IMG/VR virus record: IMGVR_UViG_3300048848_000261
Span: 1-58,334 of that record
Strand: one strand, 5' to 3'
DNA length: 58,334 nt
DNA from: a virus
Lineage: Duplodnaviria > Caudoviricetes
Part shown: positions 47,883 to 56,516 of the stretch, one piece after another
Layout of the letters: the number at the start of each line of letters is the position of its first letter
Position numbering within the stretch: position 1 is the stretch's first letter
The notes under the pieces: model-generated
The model's database searches: none
Told to the model about the DNA's origin: nothing
Seen by the model: the letters and a program-made list of their open reading frames with translations, nothing else
Made by a program: the position numbers and the translations under genes

Positions 47883-47932
47883 TACGCAAGTTCCGTAAAA
47901 TTCCACTTGTCGTTTACGCATAGAGCGTATAT
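47883..47932 (+). promoter_or_regulatory. OL-like operators (47883-47897, 47915-47929) and early rightward promoter
   Basis: TACGCAAGTTCCGTA and TACGCATAGAGCGTA match the TACG-N7-CGTA consensus; TTGTCG -35-like hexamer. Confidence 0.7.
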
Positions 47933-47984
47933 CTCTGTTCCGTCCCAGTCATCATGGCTGGTCGATCTACGGATGGAGAACGAC

Positions 47985-48221
47985 ATGCGCTTTGAAAACC
48001 ACAACGCTTACCCACTTTGCCGCACCCGCCAGGAGCAGGTTGAATGCGTCGGCGAGGCCATGCGCCGCCTTGGCGAAGGCTGCACCGAGAGCGACCTCAA
48101 GAACAGCCTTGGCATCACGACCAGCCAGTTGAACGAAGTTGCTGACGACGCACGCGCCTACGCCGTCGCCGCCAGCACCTATCAGCGGCGCGTTTCTGTT
48201 CCGGCCCAGCGCGCCGCCTGA
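47985..48221 (+). CDS. First early gene, hypothetical
   Basis: GGAG RBS; downstream of OL. Confidence 0.7.
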   Translation: MRFENHNAYPLCRTRQEQVECVGEAMRRLGEGCTESDLKNSLGITTSQLNEVADDARAYAVAASTYQRRVSVPAQRAA

Positions 48222-48295
48222 TCCGCTTCGGTGCCCGTCTGCGTACCCCCGGCGTGAGCCGCGCAGACGGCATCCGAAACGGATCGGAGGCCACA

Positions 48296-48709
48296 ATGTC
48301 AGCCGTCAAAAACCTTCAGCACGTACCTACAACACTGCCATTGTCACAGATGACGATGGTGCAGCTGGACGAAGAACTTGCATTCTGGACAGCCGAGATT
48401 GCCAGCGAAGAACGTTGGGGCATGTCGGCAGAAATCGCGATCGAGATGCGGTTGGAAGTGGAAGCGGAGATCCTCCGCCGCCACGCTGCAGAACGACGCA
48501 ACGTGCCCGCCATCGTCGGTTATACGGGCGTTCGTCCGTCAGCGATCGCCATCACCGGCTCGGCACGCGCCCGCATCGAATACCTTCCACCGCGTTTCAC
48601 TCTCGCCTTGGCCCTCGCCATCTCGATCATCGGCATGTGCGCCGCGGCAGCGTTCGCTGGCCAACGCGTCATGGAGATTGAAACTCGCTATGCGTGGGAG
48701 GCAGTATGA
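48296..48709 (+). CDS. Hypothetical protein with a C-terminal TM
   Basis: GGAGG RBS before ATG 48296. Confidence 0.7.
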   Translation: MSAVKNLQHVPTTLPLSQMTMVQLDEELAFWTAEIASEERWGMSAEIAIEMRLEVEAEILRRHAAERRNVPAIVGYTGVRPSAIAITGSARARIEYLPPRFTLALALAISIIGMCAAAAFAGQRVMEIETRYAWEAV

Positions 48710-48996
48710 GCGCGACGATTCTCCGCCTTCCTGTCCGCCCCGCCTTGCGCGCCGTCGAGACGCACCCGGCACCTTTCTTTCAACGCGAGCTTGGCGCAGT
48801 TGCAGTCAATCTGAACGATGCCGCATGCAGGTTCGGCATGTTGTCCGACCGCGTGAGGGATGAGGTATCTATCGTCGAGGGAACGCGGTCGCTTGAAGCC
48901 GCCCTCTTCCATGCACTGACCCTTAGCGGATGCCTTCAGGCAGACCGCCCGCTGCGCGATCTTCTACTTTCGCGCTTAGCCGAGCGGGAGGCCTGA
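48706..48996 (+). CDS. Hypothetical protein
   Basis: ATGA overlap; GGAGG RBS. Confidence 0.7.
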   Translation: MSATILRLPVRPALRAVETHPAPFFQRELGAVAVNLNDAACRFGMLSDRVRDEVSIVEGTRSLEAALFHALTLSGCLQADRPLRDLLLSRLAEREA

Positions 48997-48998
48997 GC

Positions 48999-49517
48999 AT
49001 GGGCAACGCCCAGGACAAAGAGCGGCTGGACACCATCCGCGCGCGGCATGGAGAGAGCAGCACCGACTGGAGAGCGATCGATAGCGCCGTTCATGGAGAG
49101 CAGCTGACCGCTCGCTTGCTACCTAGCCAGCCTGCCGTCGCCCTCGTGACGCTTACCGAAGAGTGCGGCTATCAGGACCGTAACTTTCTCATGCATGCAC
49201 ATGCAGACATCCTGTTCCTGCTCCGGATCTTGGCAGAGGCATTCAGGAAGATCCGCGAGATGCAGAACCTCTTGGAGCAGCCACGCCCGGACCTCGCGAA
49301 GGAATGCGGCAGGATCTGCGAGGACGCTCAGTTCAAGCGGTTCATGCTGCAGAAGCACGGCATCCCTTCCGACGATCAAGAGCGCTTCGCCACCGGCGTT
49401 CGCAAGGTCTTGGACATCGATTCTCGCTCCGAACTCAACACGCATCCAGCCGCCGCTAAGCGATGGGACCACCTTCTTTCTCGCTTCCGAGACTGGAAGG
49501 GCGCGGGAGCCAACTGA
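48999..49517 (+). CDS. Hypothetical phage protein
   Basis: GGAGG RBS; C.D..F.RF...VR..L.I.SR.EL.....A..RW motif. Confidence 0.75.
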   Translation: MGNAQDKERLDTIRARHGESSTDWRAIDSAVHGEQLTARLLPSQPAVALVTLTEECGYQDRNFLMHAHADILFLLRILAEAFRKIREMQNLLEQPRPDLAKECGRICEDAQFKRFMLQKHGIPSDDQERFATGVRKVLDIDSRSELNTHPAAAKRWDHLLSRFRDWKGAGAN

Positions 49518-49594
49518 CGCGCGGATCTCATTCGATATCGATCTCAGGGCCGATATCGAAGGCGATGTGCCTTCGAACTCATAGGAGACTTCAT

Positions 49595-50023
49595 ATGTTC
49601 TCAGCACTGAAAGCCAAACTGTCTGGCGGAGTGAACAAGTACTCGGGCCGTAACGACTTCCTCGAAGCAGTTTGCGCTGCTTCCGCGCTGGTGGCCGCTG
49701 CAGATGGCGACGTGTCGGATGCCGAGGTGGATCAGACCATCAAAGCCATCACGTCCAACGCCAATCTTTCGGCGAACTTTCGCACGCAGGAAATTGAGCG
49801 AACCGCAGATGCCATGCTCAAGCGCGCCCAGGGCGGCCGCGTCGGTCGGTCAGGCCTTTTCAAAGAGATCGAGGACGTTGCAGCCGACCACGATATGGCG
49901 GAGACGGTCCTGCTTTCCGCCCTCGACGTCGCAGACCACGGCGGCATCGACGAGAAGGAAAAGGCCGTGCTTGCCAGCATCGCGCAGCGTCTCGGTCTGA
50001 ACATCACAAACTACGATGTCTAG
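49595..50023 (+). CDS. TerB-family protein
   Basis: DFLEAVCAA.ALVAAADG.V...E; VAD.GGID..EK.VL..IA..LGL. Confidence 0.85.
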   Translation: MFSALKAKLSGGVNKYSGRNDFLEAVCAASALVAAADGDVSDAEVDQTIKAITSNANLSANFRTQEIERTADAMLKRAQGGRVGRSGLFKEIEDVAADHDMAETVLLSALDVADHGGIDEKEKAVLASIAQRLGLNITNYDV

Positions 50024-50174
50024 TTTCCTGAAATCAGGAAAGGCGCTCGTTTTCGCCACGGTGGCGGGCGTCTTAATCATCCTGCAGTTCACGTTGCTGA
50101 CCGCGGCACTCGATTTCATCACCAGCATGTTGCTGATCGTCGTCGGCTTCGTTGCCGGCCGCGTCTCGAAGTGA
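50016..50174 (+). CDS. 52-aa two-TM membrane protein (not in the ORF track)
   Basis: Hand-translated MSSFLKSGKALVFATVAGVLIILQFTLLTAALDFITSMLLIVVGFVAGRVSK; overlaps the TerB stop. Confidence 0.6.
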   Translation: MSSFLKSGKALVFATVAGVLIILQFTLLTAALDFITSMLLIVVGFVAGRVSK

Positions 50175-50185
50175 GGGAAGGCCCG

Positions 50186-50428
50186 ATGATTTATTCAATC
50201 CCGATCGTAGGCTGGCTTCTCGGCCTCTTCTTTCACACGATGCTCGCCATCCCGTTCTACTTCCTCTGGAATGGGCTGGCGCCGACGTACTTCTACTGGT
50301 TGCCCCCGGTCTACCAGAACCTGGGTTTCATGACGATCGTCGGCCTGTTCATTCTGCTGTCGATCCTCAAGGCCGTCTTGCTTCCCCGCTTTGGAACGAG
50401 AGTGACCAACGACCTTAAAAAGTCTTGA
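50186..50428 (+). CDS. Small membrane protein
   Basis: IPIVGWL...LAIPFYFLWN.LAP.YF.WLP. Confidence 0.75.
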   Translation: MIYSIPIVGWLLGLFFHTMLAIPFYFLWNGLAPTYFYWLPPVYQNLGFMTIVGLFILLSILKAVLLPRFGTRVTNDLKKS

Positions 50429-50493
50429 GCCGTCGCAGGGCCCGACGAGAACGGCCCACCAATTGTTAAACCGCGCGAGAACTGGAGGGTGCC

Positions 50494-50814
50494 ATGGGAC
50501 AGCCAATCGACTTCGAAGGTAGCAACCTCGTAATGCGAGCACCTGAAGGCGCAGAGAGCGTCCAGGACATGCACGTATACCGCACGCGGCATTCTTGCGT
50601 CTCATGCTGGACTGTGACGGCGGAGGAGCTTGCTGAGATTGCGACGACCGGCCGCATCTTCCTCTCAGTGCTCGCAGGAGGCCAGCAGCCGCCAGTGTAT
50701 GTCGGTTCTGAGAGCACTTGCCGCGAGGTCATGCTTGACTTCGGACCCGTCTGGCCAATGGTACCGCGGACCCCAGCACCCCAGCCGCATTTGGGTGGTG
50801 GATCGGATGCGTAA
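50494..50814 (+). CDS. Hypothetical phage protein
   Basis: GGAGG RBS; SCW....EEL.EI..TGR.FL.V....QPP. Confidence 0.75.
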   Translation: MGQPIDFEGSNLVMRAPEGAESVQDMHVYRTRHSCVSCWTVTAEELAEIATTGRIFLSVLAGGQQPPVYVGSESTCREVMLDFGPVWPMVPRTPAPQPHLGGGSDA

Positions 50815-51013
50815 GAAACTATGCGCCGAAGATCCTTTGCAAGCTGAATACTCGCTCTGTGGTGACGCCTTCGACGCCCCTGACGATCCGATGTGCGAGA
50901 CGGAACCGTTTGAATTCGCAAGACCCGGACAGACTGTCAACTGTGCTGAATGCCTGCGAGCGATAGGCGAAATCAAGCTCCGGTACTCACCGAAGGGGAG
51001 ATATTACAAATGA
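50807..51013 (+). CDS. Small Cys-rich protein
   Basis: LCGDAFD...VNC.EC; overlap-coupled. Confidence 0.65.
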   Translation: MRKKLCAEDPLQAEYSLCGDAFDAPDDPMCETEPFEFARPGQTVNCAECLRAIGEIKLRYSPKGRYYK

Positions 51014-51612
51014 CCAACGAGAACACACCACCCCAGACGAAAGAGCGGCCGATCGAAGATGGTCGTTTTGATACTTGGTCGCTAGAAGATTTCGCCGGAC
51101 AGTGCCGCATGCAGGCGCGCGACAATCTGGACCCGGAATATTCCGCGTTTATGACCGCCTTAGGCGAACGCCTGCGTGATATGGCAAACACGCCATCACC
51201 CCAAACGAATACGATGGGTGACCTTGAGCGCTGCGCCCGGATCGCCCATGCCGTTTACGAGGACGAGATCGGTAGGCGAGACGCTTGCCTCTCGGAAGGC
51301 CCGCCGAACTGTGAAGGAGCACTGACGCGCGCGCGACAGGCTCAGACCGCACAAGAGATTGAGACGCAGATCCGCGCGTTGATGACCCAACCTCCGTCGG
51401 GCGTTTACGGGCTGATTAAAGAAGCCGCAAACCTGATCCAGAAAGAACGGGACAATCTCTTTTCATCGTTCCAGGTAGACGGACGCCTTGTCGTCGAAGA
51501 CGAGATCGACGCCCGAGCGGTGACGGTTATCGGCGAGATGGATGGTTGGTTGCTACGCGCGAAAGCGGCTCTTTACGGACAGTCCGCCACCCCGGAGGGC
51601 TTGGCAGAATGA
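51010..51612 (+). CDS. Modular hypothetical early protein
   Basis: Contains junction motifs at 51025 and 51193. Confidence 0.75.
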   Translation: MTNENTPPQTKERPIEDGRFDTWSLEDFAGQCRMQARDNLDPEYSAFMTALGERLRDMANTPSPQTNTMGDLERCARIAHAVYEDEIGRRDACLSEGPPNCEGALTRARQAQTAQEIETQIRALMTQPPSGVYGLIKEAANLIQKERDNLFSSFQVDGRLVVEDEIDARAVTVIGEMDGWLLRAKAALYGQSATPEGLAE

Positions 51613-52034
51613 GCAGCCAGGTCAATCGATACCTCAAAGACAAGGCCATGGATCATATCGACCACGCCCTTGGCAGGCCGGTCGATCCGATGGTCGAGAG
51701 CTATCGCAACTACTTTGCGACGGCTACCGACAGCAAGGAAGCGAAGGAATTCGCAGCCTCTCCATATTGGGACACCCACGGCAGAACCGCGCCCAGCCGC
51801 ATGGCATATTTCTTCGTCACCGAGGCCGGCCGTAAGGCGCTCAAGCAGCACCTGAAGGAAATCGGCGATAAGCACCGGCTCTATGCCGTGACATACGAAG
51901 GCCAGACATCGACCATTGTCGCCGTGTCCGCCGCGAAAGCGAAGTACAGCCTTTGGCTCAGTATTTCGGACTGCTTCTGTGACCTGACGTTTGGAAAATT
52001 CACCCGAGGCGCAACCGTGAGGAAGGCAGCATGA
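51609..52034 (+). CDS. Hypothetical phage protein
   Basis: HALG...SYRNYF...F.VTEAG..AL. Confidence 0.75.
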   Translation: MSSQVNRYLKDKAMDHIDHALGRPVDPMVESYRNYFATATDSKEAKEFAASPYWDTHGRTAPSRMAYFFVTEAGRKALKQHLKEIGDKHRLYAVTYEGQTSTIVAVSAAKAKYSLWLSISDCFCDLTFGKFTRGATVRKAA

Positions 52035-52597
52035 CCGAAGATCGCAAAACCTACACCTTCATCGGTAACGACTGCCCGCCTAATTACCGCCGTGTCGGAA
52101 CCATCGATGTTGCCGACCCTGCGGACGTGCGACGTGCGGAAGATCAAGGCTATTGCATCGGTTCGATTTACGACGGGCGCAGCTACTCTGTCGCCGAACC
52201 TTGCGCGGCAGACATCTACGAGGAACTGGACGAAGACCTCGAAAGGGAAAAGGCTGTTACTGCCCAAGCTATTGCGATCATCTGCCGCGAGGCCGCAGAG
52301 ATGGGCTTCACGGAAGATACGATAAGCGAGTTTAGGGCCGGTCGATTCGATGGCGATGACCTCTTGACGCTCCAGGCTGTCGAGCGGGCTCTCACGCCAC
52401 CACCCGAAACGAATTTGTGGGTGACTGATGAGATGGTGGAAAAAGCAGCTGCGGCCTATTGGCTTGAGGTTTACGGCCGCCATCGAAAAAGCCAGCAGTG
52501 GCCTGAGGACGTTCACGGTGGTTCGCAGCAACTTTTCCATGACGGGTGCCGAGCCGCCCTGAATGCCGCTCTTTTCGCCATGGAGGAACAATCATGA
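52031..52597 (+). CDS. Modular hypothetical early protein
   Basis: After the motif at 52397, the C-terminal VTDEMVEKAA module is identical to ORF 54499. Confidence 0.75.
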   Translation: MTEDRKTYTFIGNDCPPNYRRVGTIDVADPADVRRAEDQGYCIGSIYDGRSYSVAEPCAADIYEELDEDLEREKAVTAQAIAIICREAAEMGFTEDTISEFRAGRFDGDDLLTLQAVERALTPPPETNLWVTDEMVEKAAAAYWLEVYGRHRKSQQWPEDVHGGSQQLFHDGCRAALNAALFAMEEQS

Positions 52598-52989
52598 CTG
52601 AGGCGTTCTCTGTGGTGAAAGACGCAGCCTGCATAATGCGTGGGAATAGCAAGACCTTTAGTGTCCGCGAGGGCATGATAGGTGAGGTAAGCGGCGAACT
52701 TTACGCCGACGTTGGGTCTCTACTCTTAAAGCTCGTCCTTAAGGCAGACGGTTCTTACGAGGATCATCAAGGACGGATTTGGGATATAAACGGTATCGAT
52801 CGCTGCCCAATTTGCGCCGAGCCGTTTAAGTCGGATGACGTATGCGCCACCGATATCGAACTTTTGACCGTGCACGCCGAGTGTTTGGAAGGATGCGAAA
52901 TCGTTGATCTTGAGACGGAAGAGCCAACAGACAAGCCGCTAGGCACATTCCCATATAGCGATCTCGCTTCCCCATCACCCCAACCGAAT
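52401..52989 (+). repeat. 589-bp direct repeat, copy 1
   Basis: Appears identical by eye to 54521-55109 (offset 2120). Confidence 0.95.
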
Positions 52990-53622
52990 TTGGTGGCCGC
53001 CGAACTCGTAGACGCACCAAAAGTCAACGAGAACGCGCAAGGATCAAACGGAGAAACCTCGGCAACATGTTGCCGAAATGACCCTAATAGTGACCCTAAA
53101 AACGAGAACATCCACCCGCCCCAGAACCATTTGGAAGGTGACAACCAGCCGCGCTACACTACGAAGCGCATGCATGATGAGATAGCCAAGGCTAAAGCGC
53201 TCGCGCGCATGGAAGTGCTAGATCAACTCCATTCCAAAGCGCTTGGTCAGGTCGATTATTTTGATCGGAAGCAGCGAGAGTTCACCTGCCTCGACGACTG
53301 CCTGGATGAGGAAGGCGAACTCCACCTGCCGGACGATATCGGGCCGCTCCTCCGGCACGACCATGCAAACGGTCGAATGAGTGAGGCCGCTTGGTGGCGC
53401 GATACACTTCAAGGTCTCAAAGAAGAGACCGGGACCCGACCGCCGCAGACCAACGTGATTCCGCCGCACGTCCGTGACTTCATCGGCAAGGTGCAGGGTG
53501 TCTGCATGGGTGTGGCCATGTCGGGCGACGATCATCCGAACCCTGATGGCGCTCTAATGGAACTTGTCGAAGAGGCGCAGGAACTGCTGTTCCCAACCGC
53601 TACCACGGAGGGCCAGCCATGA
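52594..53622 (+). CDS. Four-module chimeric early protein
   Basis: Modules separated by motifs at 52972, 53113 and 53437; includes a CPIC...C...H..C Zn-finger-like module. Confidence 0.75.
   Translation: MTEAFSVVKDAACIMRGNSKTFSVREGMIGEVSGELYADVGSLLLKLVLKADGSYEDHQGRIWDINGIDRCPICAEPFKSDDVCATDIELLTVHAECLEGCEIVDLETEEPTDKPLGTFPYSDLASPSPQPNLVAAELVDAPKVNENAQGSNGETSATCCRNDPNSDPKNENIHPPQNHLEGDNQPRYTTKRMHDEIAKAKALARMEVLDQLHSKALGQVDYFDRKQREFTCLDDCLDEEGELHLPDDIGPLLRHDHANGRMSEAAWWRDTLQGLKEETGTRPPQTNVIPPHVRDFIGKVQGVCMGVAMSGDDHPNPDGALMELVEEAQELLFPTATTEGQP
52972..53130 (+). repeat. 159-bp diverged repeat, copy 1
   Basis: Homologous to 56873-57031 (offset 3901). Confidence 0.9.
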
Positions 53623-54512
53623 GCGAGCCCCGCAGGCTTCTGATCAGCTTTTCTGGCGGAGAAACATCCGGCCGAATGACGAAGCTCATCCACGAGCGTC
53701 GTGCCGGCGAGTACGACGAGATTATCACCGTATTCGCCAACACCAGTCAGGAAAACGAGCAGACGCTTGAGTTCGTCCGTCGATGCGATGAGGCATGGAG
53801 CTGGAATGTCGTGTGGGTGGAAGCCGTAACTGATCCGCAGCATGGTAAGGGCGTCTCCGCTCGCGTCGTCGACTTCAATACGGCTTGCCGTGATGGATCG
53901 GTCTTTGAGGCGATGATTGCGAAGCTCGGTATTCCTGGTCCCGGCTTTATCCATTGCACACGCGAGCTTAAGGAACGAGCGATCACAGCCTATTGTCGTT
54001 CAATTGGTTGGAAGGCGGGGACATACGACACTGCCATCGGCATCCGCATCGACGAGATCGATCGCATCAATCCAAACGCAGCGTCTGCTCGGCTGGTCTA
54101 TCCTCTCATTAAGCGGTTTCCGCACACCAAGGATGACGTCAACGCTTTCTGGAGCCGACAATCCTTCCGGCTCGAACTGAAGGGATATCAGGGCAACTGC
54201 AAATGGTGCTGGAAGAAGTCGCTGCGCAAGCACCTGACGATCATGTCCGAGACGCCAGAAGCATTCGACTTTCCAGAGCGAATGGAAAGGCTCTACCCGA
54301 TGTCTGGAGCCAACCCACGCAATGAGGAAAAGCGGTTCTTCCGCAACCGCCTCAAGGTCGAGGACATCCGACGCCTTGCAGCGGAGGGGAACTTCGCACC
54401 GGCAGAAGACGACGCGCAAATCAATCAGATGGACTTCTTTCGTGGCCTCGACCTCGATGTAGGCGGCGGCTGCGAGGAAAGCTGTGAGGTGACTTTCGAT
54501 GACGCAGCATAA
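53619..54512 (+). CDS. PAPS-reductase-family (PP-loop, Fe-S) phage protein
   Basis: ISFSGGETS, FANT..E, CTRELK, IGIR.DE, YPL, GNCKWCWKK. Confidence 0.85.
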   Translation: MSEPRRLLISFSGGETSGRMTKLIHERRAGEYDEIITVFANTSQENEQTLEFVRRCDEAWSWNVVWVEAVTDPQHGKGVSARVVDFNTACRDGSVFEAMIAKLGIPGPGFIHCTRELKERAITAYCRSIGWKAGTYDTAIGIRIDEIDRINPNAASARLVYPLIKRFPHTKDDVNAFWSRQSFRLELKGYQGNCKWCWKKSLRKHLTIMSETPEAFDFPERMERLYPMSGANPRNEEKRFFRNRLKVEDIRRLAAEGNFAPAEDDAQINQMDFFRGLDLDVGGGCEESCEVTFDDAA

Positions 54513-54717
54513 AAACCCATCACCCGAAACGAATTTGTGGGTGACTGATGAGATGGTGGAAAAAGCAGCTGCGGCCTATTGGCTTGAGGTTTACGGCCGC
54601 CATCGAAAAAGCCAGCAGTGGCCTGAGGACGTTCACGGTGGTTCGCAGCAACTTTTCCATGACGGGTGCCGAGCCGCCCTGAATGCCGCTCTTTTCGCCA
54701 TGGAGGAACAATCATGA
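54499..54717 (+). CDS. Single-module protein (VTDEMVEKAA module)
   Basis: Six-codon leader, then the motif, then the duplicated module; GAGGT RBS. Confidence 0.65.
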   Translation: MTQHKNPSPETNLWVTDEMVEKAAAAYWLEVYGRHRKSQQWPEDVHGGSQQLFHDGCRAALNAALFAMEEQS

Positions 54718-55109
54718 CTGAGGCGTTCTCTGTGGTGAAAGACGCAGCCTGCATAATGCGTGGGAATAGCAAGACCTTTAGTGTCCGCGAGGGCATGATA
54801 GGTGAGGTAAGCGGCGAACTTTACGCCGACGTTGGGTCTCTACTCTTAAAGCTCGTCCTTAAGGCAGACGGTTCTTACGAGGATCATCAAGGACGGATTT
54901 GGGATATAAACGGTATCGATCGCTGCCCAATTTGCGCCGAGCCGTTTAAGTCGGATGACGTATGCGCCACCGATATCGAACTTTTGACCGTGCACGCCGA
55001 GTGTTTGGAAGGATGCGAAATCGTTGATCTTGAGACGGAAGAGCCAACAGACAAGCCGCTAGGCACATTCCCATATAGCGATCTCGCTTCCCCATCACCC
55101 CAACCGAAT
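54521..55109 (+). repeat. 589-bp direct repeat, copy 2
   Basis: See copy 1. Confidence 0.95.
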
Positions 55110-55583
55110 GTGCTGGCCTTGGAAGCACCATGGCAGTGGTGGGCTGGTAGCACCGAAGAATGGTGCACGGTCGGCCCAGAAGACACCCGCGAGGCGATCA
55201 TCCAGGCCGCGACCAACGATAGTCTGGGCGAGTTTCAGCACGAGGAAGGCGGATGGAACCTTGGCTTCCATATCGTCGAAGCCCGGTCAGATCCGCTACG
55301 CCTAGCCGACTGGATAGAAAGAGACCGGCTTCTTGAACGAGCCGAAGACAGCATGGCCGACAGCGATCGCACGTCGAGCGAATATGACGATGGCCCGTGG
55401 TTCGATTGCACACCTGAGCAGGAAAAGGATCTTGAGGCGCGCGTTAAGCGAGCGTGTGACGAATGGCAGGCCGCACACGGCCTCACCTTCGCCTGCGCGA
55501 CGTTCAGCCATACCCGCAACAACGAGCATGTCGTTGTTGAGCTCCCTGACAATCGCACCACCACGGAGGGCTCGGCAGAATGA
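54714..55583 (+). CDS. Chimeric early protein: same N-terminus as 52594, different C-terminus
   Basis: Diverges immediately after the motif at 55092-55109. Confidence 0.75.
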   Translation: MTEAFSVVKDAACIMRGNSKTFSVREGMIGEVSGELYADVGSLLLKLVLKADGSYEDHQGRIWDINGIDRCPICAEPFKSDDVCATDIELLTVHAECLEGCEIVDLETEEPTDKPLGTFPYSDLASPSPQPNVLALEAPWQWWAGSTEEWCTVGPEDTREAIIQAATNDSLGEFQHEEGGWNLGFHIVEARSDPLRLADWIERDRLLERAEDSMADSDRTSSEYDDGPWFDCTPEQEKDLEARVKRACDEWQAAHGLTFACATFSHTRNNEHVVVELPDNRTTTEGSAE

Positions 55584-55930
55584 GCGACATGGAGGAATTC
55601 AGCAAGGCACTTCGCCGGCTTCCCGTCCCTGTCTCCTGCTTCTCCAATGGCGCCTGCTGCCCTTGGTGTGGCGGGTTGAACAAGACTGTAACCTTCGGGA
55701 TGAACAACTGTATCGAATGCGGCAAGGCATATGCTTTTGGATATCCCGATTGGCACGGGGAGAAAGACCCCGTCAGTTGGGTGCCGTTCCCTTTCATGGA
55801 ATTCGAAGCTCTCGGTGGTCGCGCGGATCTTATCCCCGAATTCAAGCCGAATGATCGTCTGAAGGAAATCTATTTCCAGAAAACCGAAGAGCATATCGGC
55901 CGACACGCCGACATGACGAAGCCGAATTGA
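55580..55930 (+). CDS. Zn-ribbon protein
   Basis: CPWC...CIEC; ATGA overlap. Confidence 0.7.
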   Translation: MSDMEEFSKALRRLPVPVSCFSNGACCPWCGGLNKTVTFGMNNCIECGKAYAFGYPDWHGEKDPVSWVPFPFMEFEALGGRADLIPEFKPNDRLKEIYFQKTEEHIGRHADMTKPN

Positions 55931-55940
55931 GGATCATCTC

Positions 55941-56516
55941 ATGACTGAAGCGATATTCAGAGAGCGCCTGCAGGCAATCATCGACTGGGCTGACCTAGCA
56001 ATGAAGAACCGCGCCGTATTCGACAGCCACGGCGTCCGCAACCTCGACGGCCCTGTCTTCGATGCGGCGCGGGAAGCTCTCGCCAGCACCTCGCCACCCA
56101 AAACGAATCCAATCGGCTACATTTCTAGGGATACGTTCGCGGAACTGCTCCACGATAACAGCGGAGAGTACAAGATCGTCACGCCTGAAGACCTGATCAT
56201 GGTTGAAGGATCAATTGCGGACTACGTCCCGATCTTCTCGCTACCAGGAGCGCACCCCTCAGACCCACCGCCGCAGGATCATGTGGCGGGTGTGCCGGAA
56301 GATCTTTTGAAGCTGACGTTTGCCATTCAGCACAACCCGAATTGCCCATCGCAATGGCTGGTTCGCCTTCCCGGCAAATCCGGCTCCATCGACATGAAAC
56401 CCTATCGGGATCTGATAGGCATCGTCCCGCATCAGACCGGCGACATTCTCGGTTTCGGGAAAACACTCGACGAGGCGGCGCGGGCAGCACTCGCAGCTTC
56501 GGAGGTTAAACCATGA
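55941..56516 (+). CDS. Three-module chimeric early protein
   Basis: Motifs at 56091 and 56265; GAGGA RBS. Confidence 0.75.
   Translation: MTEAIFRERLQAIIDWADLAMKNRAVFDSHGVRNLDGPVFDAAREALASTSPPKTNPIGYISRDTFAELLHDNSGEYKIVTPEDLIMVEGSIADYVPIFSLPGAHPSDPPPQDHVAGVPEDLLKLTFAIQHNPNCPSQWLVRLPGKSGSIDMKPYRDLIGIVPHQTGDILGFGKTLDEAARAALAASEVKP

Noticed and set aside
53619-54512. Dnd/Ssp phosphorothioation system or sulfate assimilation cysH
   Set aside because: No partner dnd/ssp or cys genes; it is a solitary phage-type family member.
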